Shown: positions 20,060 through 36,440, numbered from the stretch's first letter. The stretch is 64,000 bases of DNA from the human T2T-CHM13v2.0 reference genome, Homo sapiens (GCF_009914755.1 NC_060939.1); one strand, 5' to 3'. Numbers and translations are program-made. Notes: generated from the sequence alone by a model not told the origin.

Positions 20060-20228
20060 CATTTAAAAGGCTGATATTTTGTTCCTCAAAGATATTTTTG
20101 CGCTAATTTTTATTTTTGCAGATATAGCACTAAAATGTTGTTTATGTCGATTCCTGAGTGTTTTTGCACCCCCTTAGATTCTGCAGCAGTGGCAGGTGCC
20201 TCCTCGCCTCACCTTAGAGTTGGCCCTG
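20060..20228 (+). mobile_element. MER91-like hAT DNA transposon fragment
   Basis: GCACCCCCTTAGATTCTGC...GCCTCCTCGCCTCACCTTAGAGTTGGCCCTG resembles the MER91 3' end. Confidence 0.5.
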
Positions 20229-20365
20229 CTGTGTGCCAGGCACTGTGGGCAGGAGGATAGAAAGGAGGATGAAGTGGATCCCAGCTCTCAGGCAGCTGGC
20301 CCTCTGTTGAAAGAGATGTTAAAAGCATTCACTACCCTCTTCACTGCCCTGAGAGTGAAGAGTAA

Positions 20366-20899
<534 letters not shown>

Positions 20900-21379
20900 A
20901 AAACAGAAGTTAATGAAAAATGGATCCTGAGGTAGTTTGGTCTTTATCCTGCTACACCTCTGTCTTCCAATTTTACTCTCTCTGGTTGGACCACTTCCTC
21001 CACTAAGTGTCTTCCAAATCCAGCAGTTGGTCTCTGAGACCTGTATGTGTGTGTCTGTCCCTTTCTGCTTACTGGGGAGATCCTGGGAAAGCTCAGGGGG
21101 CTCATAGTTCCCACAGAGTCCCTGCAGTCATGTCCTGAACAGATTAGCAGCTCCATGAAGGTTGCTTAAGTAATCAATGAACACTGCAACCTCGGATACG
21201 GGAGAGAAGACGGAATTGAAGGCAGGAGCCCCCACCAGTTTAACCCTCTGTGATTCCAAGCCAAGGCACTAGAGGTAGGCCCCTTATATCTGCCTTCAGC
21301 AAGCTGGTGGCAGCAGTTTTCTTGCTCAGTGGAGCCCTGGGAAGGCAAGGGTGGTCTCAGGGTCCCTGTTGAGAGTTCA

Positions 21380-21600
21380 TTCACTGGCTCATAATTAATG
21401 TATATTGAGCATGTACTATGGGCCAGTACATTTTGTGCAGAATTCCTTAAAATTTCATAATAACTGTTAGATACAATTATAATTGTATTGATGAGGAAAC
21501 TGAGGCACAGAGAGGTGATATAACATGCCCAAGGTCACACAAAGTGGTGGAACCATTTTGGCCCCAAGGGACTGATTCCAGGGCCAACCCTCTGTCCCCA
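21380..21600 (-). mobile_element. MIR
   Basis: MIR core GATGAGGAAACTGAGGCACAGAGAGGTGA..AACATGCCCAAGGTCACAC. Confidence 0.8.
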
Positions 21601-21980
21601 CATGGCACTGCCCCTCCTAAGGCAAAGTCACCATGCATTGTTGGGACACATTACTCTCCCCGGGGTGGCTGATGAGACCTTCAGAGATGTTCTGTCCAAG
21701 GGCTAGTTTGCACGGAGGAGAGCAGGAATGCAGGGCCAGGGCACGGCCACCCAGAGCCTCATGCTGTTCAAAGCGGCTGAGTGAGTGCTTTAGACCACAC
21801 AAGGCAGGTCGAGAGGCACAGTGCATGCTTGGGAGGATGGCACGGGGCAGTGGGTGAGGATGGCCCAGGTGGCTGGGGTCAAGTGTCCCTACCAGCCCAG
21901 CCTCTCCCATATCATCATGGGACATGAATGTGAGGGTGTGGTGATGGTGGCAGTGTGAGGTTTAAGAAATACATCTAGAA

Positions 21981-22290
21981 GGCCAGGTGTGGTGGCTCAC
22001 GCCTGCAATCCCAGCACTCTGGGAGGCTGAGGTGAGTGGATCACGAGGTCAGGAGATCGAGACCATCCTGGCTAACATGGTGAAACCCTGTCTCTACTAA
22101 AAATACACAAAAAAATGTTAGCTGGGCATGGTGGCGGGCGCCTGTAGTCTCAGCTACTTGGGAGGCTGAGGCAGGGAGAATGGCATGAACCTGGGAGGCG
22201 GAGCTTCCAGTGAGCCGAGATCACGCCACTGCACTCCAGCCTGGGCAACACAGCAAGACTCTATCTCAAAAAAAAAAAAAAGAAAAAAAA
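21981..22290 (+). mobile_element. AluY-like
   Basis: GGCCAGGTGTGGTGGCTCAC...GAGATCGAGACCATCCTGGCTAAC...GAATGGCATGAACC...poly-A. Confidence 0.95.
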
Positions 22291-22549
22291 CAGCTCTGTG
22301 CTGTGCAAGTGATCCTCACTGAAATAGATGTGCTTGCTAAAATGAGGAAAGCTGAGATGGCCAGGCCTGGGCATGGGACATGGTGGTCAGCTGGCAAGTG
22401 GGGACCTGTAGGGCCCAGGAAGACAGAGTACATGCCTCAGGCAATTGGCCAAGGCCAAGATCCAGCCTCCTGTGACAAAAAGCCAAGCCTTCGGCCTCAG
22501 TCTGAGGGTAAGGAGATCACATGCTCTTGTTCTCTGATCTGTCCCCCAG

Positions 22550-22644
22550 GTGGCAGTGACGAAAGAAGAGACTCTCCCGGCCGAGGCCCCAGTGCATGGA
22601 GAGAAGGAAGAAATCAATTTCCTAATTGGTACCATATACATCAG
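22550..22644 (+). other. OTUD7A: 95-nt 5' exon of OTUD7A (or of its partial duplicate)
   Basis: Polypyrimidine tract plus CCCCCAG acceptor, CAG|GTCAAA donor, 1.7 kb upstream of the first coding exon. Matches my recollection of the OTUD7A 5' UTR exon. Confidence 0.7.
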
Positions 22645-23078
22645 GTCAAATAATTTCTTATTTTCTAGCCGCATCAACTAAAAATTATACCCAATAGGAG
22701 CTGTGTGCAAGATGGGGTGGTCACAGTGAATGTCTCTGAGGGTACAGACCTCCCTGCCTGAGACCCTCAGTCCTCAGGGTCTTGCACGTTAGGTGAGCTC
22801 ATTTCCTGCATTCCTACAGAAAATCAGGAGGGCTCAGAGAGGTGAAGCCCATGTCACAGCTGGACAGGGGCAGGGCCAGGGTCAAATCAGGCTATGTGCC
22901 TGGCTCTAAAGCATGGGCCACTGACACAGGACCTACTCCACCAAGCAGCACCCATCCCAGTGAGTTACTGTGAAAGAAAGAACAGAGGACAGTCATCAAT
23001 AGCATGGGATTCAAACTCATCCCACAATATGTAAAATTAATTACATACTTCCTAGCATAAAATTTTCCATTGCCTGTA

Positions 23079-23298
23079 ATGGGGTCTGCAAGCTTTTTCC
23101 ATAAAGTTCCAGGAAGTACATCTTTTCAGTTTTGTGGGCCTTAAGGATCTCTGTTTTAACTACTCAACTCAGCCAGGTGCAAAAGCAGCCACAGATGCTA
23201 TGCAAATGAGTGGGTATGGCTGTGTTCCCATAAAACTTCATTTACAAAAATGGGTGGCAGACCACATGTGGCCCATAGTCTATAACTTGCAGACCTCT
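23079..23298 (+). mobile_element. MER58A (hAT-Charlie)
   Basis: GGGGTCTGCAAGCTTTTTCCATAAAG...ACTACTCAACTC...AAAGCAGCCACAGA...GGCTGTGTTCCCATAAAACTTCATTTACAAAAA. Confidence 0.85.
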
Positions 23299-23519
23299 TA
23301 TCTACACAAACACAAGGATGCATTTGCACTCCACCGGCAAAGATTGAGCACCCACTGGGGCCCCAGCACCATTCACTAGTGTAAGTTACTCTCACTTGTA
23401 ATGTCACAGTTGCTTTTCCCCAGCAATCAGCTGCTACAGTCAGCCTGGGTCAACCTGCTGCATATCCGTTGTATTTCTCTGGCTGGGATCATGCTGCCTG
23501 GGAAATCTGACATTCTTAA

Positions 23520-23800
23520 GAATGTTGTTGGATTGATGGCAGCTCTTAGAGGGATGGTAGATAGTTCAGTAGCCATCTTCAGCAAGTATGGTATTTCCGT
23601 CAACTGTGGATTAACCTTGGCTATTAGTCTTTCCTAATAGCCAAGTAAGGGGTGAGAGCTGAGGGGGTAGGATGGCACACTGATAAAGGCATAATTGGAA
23701 TACAGTGGGTAACATTCATCACATTGTGGAAGTATTACAAGTCTATACAATTCGGAAGAGGATTAGAAATCTAGCAACTCCAGTTGAATTTTTCTAGGTA
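23520..23800 (+). mobile_element. Possible ancient CR1/L3 ORF2 remnant
   Basis: CATAATTGGAATACAGTGGGTAACATTC... weakly resembles the CR1 'HLEYCVQF' region. Very diverged. Confidence 0.3.
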
Positions 23801-23900
23801 TACTTAGGTGTTTGAAATTTTAAAATAGTCTTTTTTCCTCATCAGTTACTGGAATTAATAAAATGTAACTTCAGGAGCACTGGAGATAGTGATGACCCCT

Positions 23901-24142
23901 TGCCTTAGTCTATCTGGGCTGCTATGTCAAAATACAATAGCTTGGGAGGCTTATGAACAACAGAAATGTATTCCACACAGTACTAAAGGCTGGGAAGTCT
24001 AAGGTCAGGGAACCAGCAGATTTGGTGTCTAGTGAGGGCCCATTTCCTGCTTCATAGATGGCACTGTCTTTCTCCGTCACCTTGGAGATTAGATATCAAC
24101 ATATGAATTTTGGGAGGGAACACAAACATTTGGCTCATAATA
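23901..24142 (-). mobile_element. Internally deleted MST/MLT1A-type solo LTR
   Basis: TGCCTTAGTCTATCTGGGCTGCTAT...CAACATATGAATTTTGGG..ACACAAACATT. Perfect 5-bp TSD CCCCT (23896-23900 / 24143-24147). Confidence 0.85.
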
Positions 24143-24349
24143 CCCCTTCTCTCACATGGCATGTACACAGGGATGAAATTTTAGTTAGCATTCTATAATA
24201 TAATGTCTTGCATGAAGAATCAGGCAGTTGGACCAAACCAATTCTAAAAAATATGACAGCAGGTGGAAATGGCTCCACCCTCGAGGGTTCTCTCGCTCAG
24301 GTCTCTGCATGTAGTTGTCACTTGCAGCTCCATTTCCATCACGTGGTAA

Positions 24350-24571
<222 letters not shown>

Positions 24572-25619
24572 TAACCACCTTCCAAATAAGATTTCCAATA
24601 ACTGACGACAGTGGTACTTGGACAGTATTTGGACTCTCAAAAGTGAAAGTGTTGGTGATAAAATTATTTTTGTTTTTCTTATTTTTATTTGGGTTATGAA
24701 ATAGATCCCCCAACTCTTGACAGTAAAATAGCGTGAAGCACTAAGTGGGCTTTGCTTTGTGTTACATCTTACTGATGTCGAGTCAAAATTTTATCACTAA
24801 TTATTATATTTAAGAAAATATATTCAATGGAGCAGAAATTATAAAACATTCAAGAAAATACTTTTATGGGAGGCCTTAGTTTCATATCTCTGTGTTAGTA
24901 GAGACGAAAATACTCTAGGCCAGGGTTTTTGGTGGAAAAAGCACCTACTATCCAGGAAAGTCACTGGGAATAATTCACAAGCAAGAAGACAGCCTTCATC
25001 CTCCAGCTTTTCATGTAGATACCATTTGCTGCGTGAGAAATGTGCATCCTCCGTATGTATGATGTTTTCAGATATGTATTCAGCCATAACCATAGTGAAC
25101 TAAAATGAAAGTTTAGTTTCTATGTCTCTAAAATGGCTTTACCTTTCTTTTTTTTTTCTGATGGTGGCAGTGGTATGTAAAGGTGGGAGGGACCAGTTAC
25201 AACTTCTCAGGACAGTCAGCTGTGTGAGAGGAGAGAACTTTGTAATGTTTACTCTTTGCTTCAAATGTATAAACTGCAATTTGTGGAGTTAGTAAATACT
25301 TGGTCAAGAATTGTAAGTCACAATGATTCTTTAAGTCACTTAGGGAAAATAAGAATTATTGTACATTTGCAGAAGTGGAGAGAACTATTCAATCATATTG
25401 AAAATTAAGAACCACCTACTGGAGGATTATCAAAAAATGGCAATGGCAAAAGCATAGTTTTTAAATTTTCCCCAACCTATTAGAATTTCAAACCAACTCC
25501 AAGTTTAGAATAAAATATGCTGAGAGTTTTTGCAATCTATGGAAATCAAAATATGATTCTCCCTTCCTGCTATTTATATTATATAATGTCTCCCTGTCAG
25601 TTTCCATTATTTTCATTAA

Positions 25620-25850
25620 GTGGGCAGCAGAGTGGAGAAGCAGGCTTGGAATAAGGTCGGCAGTGAAATCCGAGTTTGAGTTCAGATTCAGCCACTTATC
25701 AACTATGAGATATAGGACAAATTATTTTACTTCCCTTACCCTGAGATTTCTTCTATGTTGAGCTTAACCCACCTTACAAGGTGACTGTGAATATTAGAAG
25801 TTGTGATATAAAATGTGTGGTAAAGAAGCAGCATGTAGCAGATGCTCAAA
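25620..25850 (+). mobile_element. MIR remnant
   Basis: GAGTTTGAGTTCAG..CAGCCACTTATCAACTATGAGATATAGGACAAATTATTTTACTTC pattern. Confidence 0.55.
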
Positions 25851-26461
25851 AAAGTATAGAAGACCATGCTTGTGGTGGCCATTATTGTAATTAGTACTAA
25901 CATCAGTATTAATGTCTAGACAGCCTTAAATAGGAAGCAAGAGTTGTCATCTCTTTTCTTTATTTTTTTACTTATATTTTTCACATTAAGATACAGAAAA
26001 ATTGAGTTTTTTGTGTCTAGTTCTATGAACTTTAACACATGTATGGATTTGTGTTATTACTACCACATTCAGGACACAGAAGCACTTCATCCCCTCCAGA
26101 TTCTCTGTCCTGATGTCTTTTATAATCAGACCCTCCCCTACCCCAACCACTGGCAGTCAGTGCTCTGTTTTCTATCACTAGTTTTGTCTCTTTGCAAGAA
26201 TGTCAGATAAATGTCCTACAGAGCCTAATCTTCTGAAACTGGCTCCTTTTCATGCAGGGAGATCATTTTGAGACTCATCAAGTCATGTGTCAGTAGCCGG
26301 TTCCTTTTTGTTGCTGAGTAGTATTCCATTCTGCAGGTACACCAGAATTTCTCCACTCATCTGTCCAGGGGCATTTCAGTTGTTTTCCGTTTTTGGCAGT
26401 TAGACTAGAGCTTCTGGAAACATTTAAGAACGGGATTTTGTGAATATAGTTTTAATTTTTC

Positions 26462-26782
<321 letters not shown>

Positions 26783-28129
26783 TAGTTTTAATTTTTCTAA
26801 GCTAAATACATGTTAACTTTGTAAGAAACTGCCAACCTGTTTTCCAGAGTGCTGCACCATTTTGCATTCCTACCAGCAGTGTCTGAGAGCTCCAGCTGCC
26901 CCACATCCTTGTCAACACTTGGTATTTCTTCCTTTTTTGTTTTTTCATTTTAACCATTTGATAGCTGTGTGATGGTATTTCTTCATGGTTTTAATTTTCA
27001 TTTCCCTAATAATTAATGACGTTGAAAATTTTCATGCTGTTTATTTTCCATCTTTTTATTCTCTTTCGTGAAATGTCTGTTCAGGCTTTTTGCCTATGTC
27101 TAAATTGAATTGTTTACTTGAGATTTAAGAGTTCTTTACATATTCTGAGTATAAATCTTTTGTTCAGATATGGGATTTGTGAATATCTTCTCCCAATCTG
27201 TGCTTGACTTTTCAGTCTCTTAACAGGGCCTTTTACAGAGCACAGTTTTAAATTCTGATGCGTTCCAACGACTTTTTTCTGGTATGGATCATGCTTTGAG
27301 TGACATGTCTGAGAAATTTTGCATAACTCCAGGTCATGAAGATTTTCTTGTAGTTGGTCTTTTAAAAGTTTTATACTGTCATGTTTTACATTTAGATCTA
27401 CGATCCATTTGAGATGATTTTTGTATAATATGTGAGATTTAGGTCCAGATTCAGTTTTATGCATACGGATATCCAATTGTTTCAACATCACTTATTGAAA
27501 ATATCCTCCTTCTTTCATTGAAATTGAATTGCCATTGCAATTTGACAAAAAGCCAACTGAGGGTATTTGTAAGGAATATATTTCTGGACAGTGGTTCTGT
27601 TCCATTGATCATTATGTCTGTTCTTTTATCAAAACTGTGCCATATTGATTTCTATAGCTTTGTAATGAGTCTTAAAATCAGATAGTGTGATTTTTCTAAA
27701 TTTATTCTTCTTTTTCAAGAGTGTTTCAGCTATTCTTTTTTTTTTTTTTGCCTTTCTATGTGAACTTTAGGATCTGCTTACCTCTATCTACTCTAAACTG
27801 TTTTGCTGAGATTTTGTCTACAATTTTAGTAAATCTACAACTCAATCCTATGTTATGTCTTTCAGTCCATGAAGGAGTGCCATAATTTCCATTTGCTTGG
27901 GCCTCCATTAAGTTCTTTCGTCAACATTTTATGGTTTTTGGCATGTAGATCCTATACATCTTTTGTTATATGTGTATTGGGGGTCGGGGTTGTAAGCTAT
28001 TGTATGTGGTATTTTTTATTTCAGTTTCTACTTGTTCATTGGCAATGTACAGAAATATAACTGATTTTTGTGTGTTGATCTTGCATCCTGCAATCTTGCT
28101 AAAGCTAAACTCAGTTTGTTCTAGGAGGG

Positions 28130-28157
28130 GTGTGTGTGTGTGTGTGTGTGTGTGTGT
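28130..28157. repeat. (GT)n microsatellite
   Basis: About 14 uninterrupted GT units. Confidence 0.95.
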
Positions 28158-30479
28158 TCCTTGGGATTTTATACATAGGTGATCATGTTATCTGTGAGTA
28201 AGGACAGTTTTATTTCTTCCTTTCCAGTCTCTAGGCCTTTCTGGTTTTCTTGTCTTATTTCACTGACGAAGACTATTCAAAAGGTTAAATAGCGGTGTTA
28301 AGAAAGAAGATCCTTGTGTTGTTCTTAATCTCTGAGAACAAGCAGTATTTCACCATTAAGTAGAATGTTGGCTATAGGTTTTAGTAGATGGTCTTTATCA
28401 GGTGAAGAAAATTTCTTTCTATTCCAAGTTTGCTGAGAGTTTTATAATAAATAGATACTGAATTTTTAAAATGAAGATCAAGTGGGTTTTTTGCTTTAAA
28501 CTGTTGCTATACTAGATTAAACTGATTGCCTTCTAGTGGTAAACCAGACTTTCAGCTATTTCTTTCCATGTTTCTATGTTCTGCCCTTTTTTTCTTTCCT
28601 TCTGGGACTCAGATGATAGGAAGCTCGGCCCTTTTGTTATTACCTAAGGTCTCTATGGTTCTGTTCAAGGTTTTCAAACTTTGTCTGTTACTCAGATTCA
28701 GTCATTTCTATTAATTTATTTATGAACTGACTGACTACTTCCTCCATCATCTTCATCCCAGTAGTGAGCCCAGCCAGTGTGTTTTCTATTTTTGTAGTTG
28801 ATTTTTTCATTTCTAATATTTCCACTTAGTTCTTCTTCATATCTTCCATTTCTTTGCAAAATTTTCTATATGTTTTAAGAGTACCCTCCTTTACTTGTAC
28901 AATATTTTTAACAACTGCTTGAAAATCTTTGTCAAATAATTCCAGTATCTGTTTCATCTCAGAGTAGCTGTTGGCTTTTTGTATGCTGAGTATGGTTTCA
29001 GTATGCTGAATTGTATCCTAGACATTTTAAATACTATGTTTTGAGATTCTGGTTATTGTTAAAATCTTACAGTGAACATTATTAACTTTATTTTAGAAGA
29101 TAATCACCCCAAATGGGTTCAGACCACAAATTCCAAGTTCCTGCAAGACTTGTGTGGATTGTGGTTGCTGTGAGTCTGTGAGATGTGGATCTGTCTCGCA
29201 CAAGCGCCACCTAGTGGCCAGCCTGGGACTCTGGTGGTAATCTATCCCACATTTCAGCACTCAAAGTCTGTGTGGTCCGTGTAGGGTCGGATCCATACAT
29301 GTAGAGCTCAAGGGTAAGCCCAAGAGTTCATGAGCAACTTTCAGGGGTTGCTCTCCCGAAGCCCTTCCTCATTGTAACCTGCCCAGTAGTGTCTGGGTCC
29401 CTGGGCTCTACCTTTTCAGCCCTCCAGCCAGCTTGGGTGGTTGAGGCTTGATTTACCCTACTCTCTGGTGCACTTGACTGAACCACGTCAGAGCTAAGCA
29501 GCGAGAAGCCAGAGAGAAAAAGCATGAAGGTTTCCCCACCCTCTGGGGACCTCAGACTCTCTGGTTGGAAAGGAAGTTTGCCTGGCCTGATGACTTTAAT
29601 TATCTGCCATTTCTCACTAGGGCCACAAAATTTCTTGAGGTCTGGGGCACAGAGAAGAAAAAATTTTAGAAGAAAAAGAAAAAAAAAAGGATAAATTAGA
29701 GATTTCCAGACTTTCTTAGAACGGTAGAGACCCCTTTCCTGCTTCTGTACCCGAGTTGCTGGGCTTTTCCTGGAATTAGTGCCCACTCTGGGTTAGGAGC
29801 TGCATTGACTCCACACTGGGGAGACTGGAGGAAGGGAAGTGTCTTGCTCACCTCCAGCTCTGTGGCACTTCCAACTGTGGTCTCCTTTCTGCATCGGCAC
29901 CTCCAACTGTGATCCACCTTCCTGAGCCCGGTCGCTGCTGCCTGCACGCTGTCCAGGGGTCCCGACTGCACCCAGTGGGACAGAGGGTGGCAGTGGTGAG
30001 TGCTCACTCACCTCACCCGCTGCTGGGTCCTGCCCTTGGCTTTCACAGGTAAGAGGACTGTGGTTCCATTGTGTATGATGGATTATTTAAGGTGTCAAAG
30101 TTATTTGGGTGAAGATTTCTCTAAAGCCAGTGTTTCAAAGAATGAAATATTTTTGTTGTAAGTCCTCAGAAAGATCTGTATTGGGAGGATGTCAGTAATG
30201 TAGGAATTTAGAGGGGAGATGTCTAAACAGACATAAATCCTCATGGTGGCAGAAGCTGAGTGGAAGGTACGTGGTCCTCATTTGTAACTTCTTGTATTTT
30301 TATTTATTTCAAAATAAAAAGTTAAACACTGCAATGATGGGAATCACAGTACAGCAGAGGGAGGCCAGTAAGAGAAAGGAGGAGCAGAGGCTGATCACAA
30401 CCTTGGTAAACTGAGGCAAGTGAACACTGACCTGCCTCCAAACAGAAGAGGGTGGCCTTGCCTGTTCACCTGCTTCCTG

Positions 30480-31575
<1,096 letters not shown>

Positions 31576-31599
31576 TCTTCATATCAGCCCCTTGCATGT

Positions 31600-32240
31600 C
31601 CCTGAAGTGGTTCTCCAAAACAAATTCTAGTCAGGTAACTCCATTTCCTCCAATTTTTCATACTCCATCCCCATTACCTGCAAAATAAACTTCTCCAACT
31701 GGTACTCCAGCCCTTCAGCATCTAGTCGTATTCCGTCCCTCCCCTCATTACCTGAGGCATCTCTTCACCATCCCTTTCCCTGACTTGACACCCACCTCTG
31801 TGCTTCTGCCTCTACCCATTGCTCCTGCTGCTCCTCCCCCTGCACACACTGCCTGCCTGTTGAAATTCAGCTCTCCCTCCACGATGGATCATGAACTCCC
31901 CGACAGCAAGGACCATACAAGGTTTTGTTCACTGTTTGCCCAACACCCAGCACGTATGAGTCCCTCAGTAGAGTGATCTATTAATAGCTGCTGAGGTGCA
32001 GTGATGAGCAGCCAGACAGAAATTGCCCACATGGAGACAGATGGAAATAAGTTATATAGTGTGTTAGCCATTAGTGCTGTGGAGATAACTAAGTCGGGGA
32101 GAAGGAAGCAGGTATGAGTGTGTACAGTTTTAAATTAGGGTTGTCAGGGAAGGCTTCACTTAAAAAAAATGGGATCTGAGCAAAGATTTGAGGTGAGAAA
32201 GCAAGCCACGTGGATGTCTGGAGGAAGAAGTTTCTATGAC
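31600..32240. mobile_element. L2 fragments
   Basis: L2-like motifs (TGAACTCCCCGACAGCAAGGACCAT..TTTTGTTCACTG; TTTAAATTAGGGTTGTCAGGGAAGGCTTC; TCTGAGCAAAGATTTGA). Confidence 0.6.
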
Positions 32241-32971
32241 GAGGTAAGGATTCACTGATAATTCCTTGCCCTCCTGTGGAACTTTGTGGACTTCTGCTGC
32301 AGCTTGTATTTGGTTGTGCCTTATTTTATAATTCATCACATGCTTATCAAGCTGGATTTGCCCAGTCTTGAGCACATGCCATTGATTTAGCAGAGTTCAC
32401 GGCTCTGGCGTTTTCAAGTGTGTGCAATTAGAGGACTGCCATGGGCAAATCCCACACCCTTGAATGGGAACAAAAAGGTGGTCTAGGGACCATGAATCCT
32501 AAGCAGGAGTTAACACTCGACCACAAGGTGTGATGGCCCTTGGCCGGGGCTGGGACCATCAGTGGGTCTAGAAATACTGAAAGGAAACCGCTGGCTGCCC
32601 TTCCAAGTGTCCTGTTCCCACTAGGGAGAGCTCTGTCGTTAGACCAGACATATTTGGGGGAAAAATGGCAAAAAAAATAAAAATAAACATCTCCAGATCA
32701 GAATTCTAAGATACTCCCTCTCGCCTGGCCTCATTCAGGAAGACACATTCTTCCTTTAGAGAGATGAGTGTATTTAAATACTCTTAAACAGACCCATTAA
32801 GACCATTTGCAGTGAGTTTCCTTGTGTCACGCTGATCAATTAAGTAGATCTTATTTCCTTCATTTCCTTCCTATTGGGGAAGCTTGTAACCCCCAGGTAT
32901 CATCACTGGCCTATTTTGTTGGTTTTATTCAAGAGTCTGTGCCATTGTGGCTGCTTGAAATTAAACACTTT

Positions 32972-33350
<379 letters not shown>

Positions 33351-34949
33351 TCATCCCAGCGTCTTTCTTGGTGTCTGTGCATGGATAAAGCCTCCCCATT
33401 CCCCCGTGCCCCCCACCACTTTGTGTCCTTTCACTTTGCTTCACTTATGTGCCCACCACTCCAGGGCTCCCTGAGGTCCAGGAATTCCATGCCATTCCCT
33501 TTCACATGGCTGAGAGCCCCAGCCCTGTGGATGAGCTGTCCTGAGTGGGCACTCAGTAATGTGGGCGTAACTGAACCAAGCTGAAGAGGGAAGGAGCAAA
33601 AAACAACCAGAAGCCCTCAGATTCAGAGTCATGTCGTTAAACACTTTTTAAAATAAAAAATTAGCTGTGCAAACTGAAATCAATTTAAACTATTTTCTTT
33701 GACTAGGCAGGAAAGAGGAGGCTGCTACATATTAAGAACTCCCACTTAAGCCAAACCTTCATGTTTCCAATCTCCAAGCAGGCATTGAGGGCCTCTGGGC
33801 TGCGTGTGGGAGAGCCAGGAAGAAAGAAGAGTAGGCCCTGCCTTCAAGGTCCTTCCTGCCTAAAGCAATCTATAGGCAGCTGTGTTCTAACAAAACTTTT
33901 ATTTATAAAACAGGCAGCCAGCCAGCCTGCCTATGGGCAGTAGTTTGCCAACCTGTGCTGTAGATTAAAAGAGGCTTAAGAGATCTGTCAGATAGTGATA
34001 ATGTATGCACATTATTTGAATACTGATTCCAACAAACTAAAAAAGAAAAATTATAAGACAATCTGGGAAATGTGAGCACTTAACATTTACTGGATATTTG
34101 ATGATATTAAAGAATAACTACTTTTAGATATGATATTTTTATTATGATAGTGCTAAGAAAAATAAGATACATACTGACGTGGATGGATGAAGTAATATCA
34201 TGCAGGGGTTTTCTGGGGACAGGTGAATGGGTGGGAGAGGAGATGAAACAATATTATCCATGAGTTGATTTTGATTAAACCTGAATAGTAGATGCAAACA
34301 GGTTTATTATAAGTGATGTACGAATGTTTCCATAATAAAAAGTTTTAAAACAGACAGCACCAGGAAACCTCCACTTCCAGCCAAGATGAAGTATCAGAAT
34401 GTGGGTGTGCCCTCCTGCCTGAAAAAGAAAAAGATAAATATGATAAACAAGACACTGAACGTTAGATAGTGAAGGACAGTAGTCCCCAAGAGATTGGAAA
34501 CAAACAAGGTTAGTCCTATAATTGCCCAGCTCACTGCCTTGAGAAAGTTTCTAATCCGTGGTACAGGGAGGAGGAACCCAGAGGAAGCTTGCCTGACTCC
34601 ACAGTGGAAGGAGACAGAGCTTAGAGTCCCAGGAGTCCAGGAGGCTGGAGTCCTCAGGTCAGAGCCTGAGAGCGGAGACAGCTACACAGAGAGAACTGCA
34701 GCGATTCACAGAGGGTTTGCCTGTGCCACTCAGCCAAGTGCCGATCAGTGCCTGTGTGTGAGGAAGCTGTGTGCAGCTGGGGAGAGAACCACCTGAGAGG
34801 ATTAGAGGAAACAGTGCCTGGGGCTGATACAGAGCCATGGAAAGTGCCTGTGCTCACCAGCCAGGCCGGACAAGCACTGAATATAATACCTAGAAGGATC
34901 TTGCCTCAGTAATTGGGAATAATTAGCCCTGTAATAAAAACTTTTCTAG

Positions 34950-35250
34950 GGCTAGACACAGTAGCTCATACCTGTAATCCCAACACTTTCGGAGGCCAAG
35001 CCAGGAGGATGGCTTGAGGACAAGAGTTCAAGACCAGCCTGAACAACATAGCAAGACCTCTGTCTCTACAAAAATCTTCTAAAAATTAGCTGGGCATCGT
35101 GGCATATGCCTGTGGTCCTGGCTACTCAGGAGGCTGAGTTGAGGAGATCACTTGAGCCCAAGAGTTCGAGGTTATGGTGAGCTATGATCGCACTGCTGAC
35201 TCCAGCCTAGGCAACACTAAGACCCTGACTCTAAAAAAATAAAAGTAAAT
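34950..35250 (+). mobile_element. AluJ
   Basis: Diverged dimer with J diagnostics (GGAGGATGGCTTGAGG, ATCACTTGAGCCC, GAGCTATGATCG). Confidence 0.9.
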
Positions 35251-35313
35251 AAATCACTCTGATCATACCTAATGAACCTTAAAAGCAAGAAGCAAGATCC
35301 ACAAGGATCACAG

Positions 35314-35924
35314 TGAAATGGCCTCATTGCCTGATCCAAAGTTCTTGATCTCACAGCCAAGGAAGTCAAGGACACGGCCACACCAAGGGTGAGGTTAGAG
35401 CAGAAGCAGAAGTTTATTAGGCAAAAGAAAGATAACAGCTCTCTGCAGCAGAGAGGGATTAAAAGCGTTGCCATTCAGCAGTGAAATTCAAGGGTTTTTA
35501 TAAGCTAGCTAGTGGGGAGGTGAGGTGTTATCTTACCTACATAGGGTGTGAAAAACCCCAGGTGTGCCATCTGCGTAGAGCATGAATCTCTGGCATCCCC
35601 CACCCCACCCTTTTATTATACAGGCAGGTCTTTTGCCTGAGCTACTCCACGTTGCTTTCCTACTGTGTATGTGCTTCAAAGGGGGAGGTGGAGCCTCCAT
35701 GGTGGACACACCTGGCCTCAGGTACCCCTTTCTGTCTGTGCAGCTGCAAGCATCCCCCGATGCAAACTCCAGCTTCCTTATCTGTTTGCAGCCGGGTCTT
35801 CCAGGCTGCTTTCTGTTAGAAGAGGAGTGATTTCCTGGGCTGCTTTTTGGTAGAAGGGAAGTTCTGCCGAGGACTCTCTGCCCTAACTATCTGCCTAGCT
35901 GGTCTCTTTTTACCTCCTCTCTCA
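35314..35924 (-). mobile_element. ERV1-class solo LTR
   Basis: TG...CA termini, 4-bp TSD-like ACAG/AGAG, minus-strand AATAAA (35413-35418) and TATAAAA (~35496-35502). Confidence 0.7.
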
Positions 35925-36440
35925 AGAGTATTTCCAAGAAATGTAACTTCATTCTACAACAAAGCTCAATAACATTTATAGAAATATAAACTTGTCCAGC
36001 ACCAAATAATGTAAAAGTCTTGCTGTCTGGCACCCAATCAGAAGTTATCAGGAATGCAAAGTAGCAGGAACATAGGACCCATAATGAGGAGAAACTGTTC
36101 AATCAAAGTCAAACCAGAACTGCTAGAGATGTTAAAATTATCAGACAAGGGCACTAAAAGTTATTAATAACTGTACTCTATAGAATAGAATAAGGTACAT
36201 ATTGAGATGCTGTTCAGATGTTTAAGTAAAGATATGGAACATACTTTTTAAAGCTTGAGCTGAACTTCCAGAGATGAAGACTACATCTGAGATGAAAAAG
36301 TAACTCAATGGAATTAACAGCACATTGCTTAATACAAAAAAAGAGAAAGGTTAGTGAACATGAAGACATAGCAATGGAAAATATCCAAAATGGAACACAG
36401 AAAAAAATAGAAGTAAAGAAATATTAAAGGCATCAGTGAA

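Noticed and set aside
22210-22653. 147-aa ORF overlapping the 5' exon
   Set aside because: Starts in an Alu and runs through its poly-A; not the frame continuous with the OTUD7A CDS.
23425-23635. About 70 open codons on the minus strand and a 78-aa ORF on the plus strand
   Set aside because: No recognisable protein or splice boundaries; the region is more likely an ancient LINE remnant.
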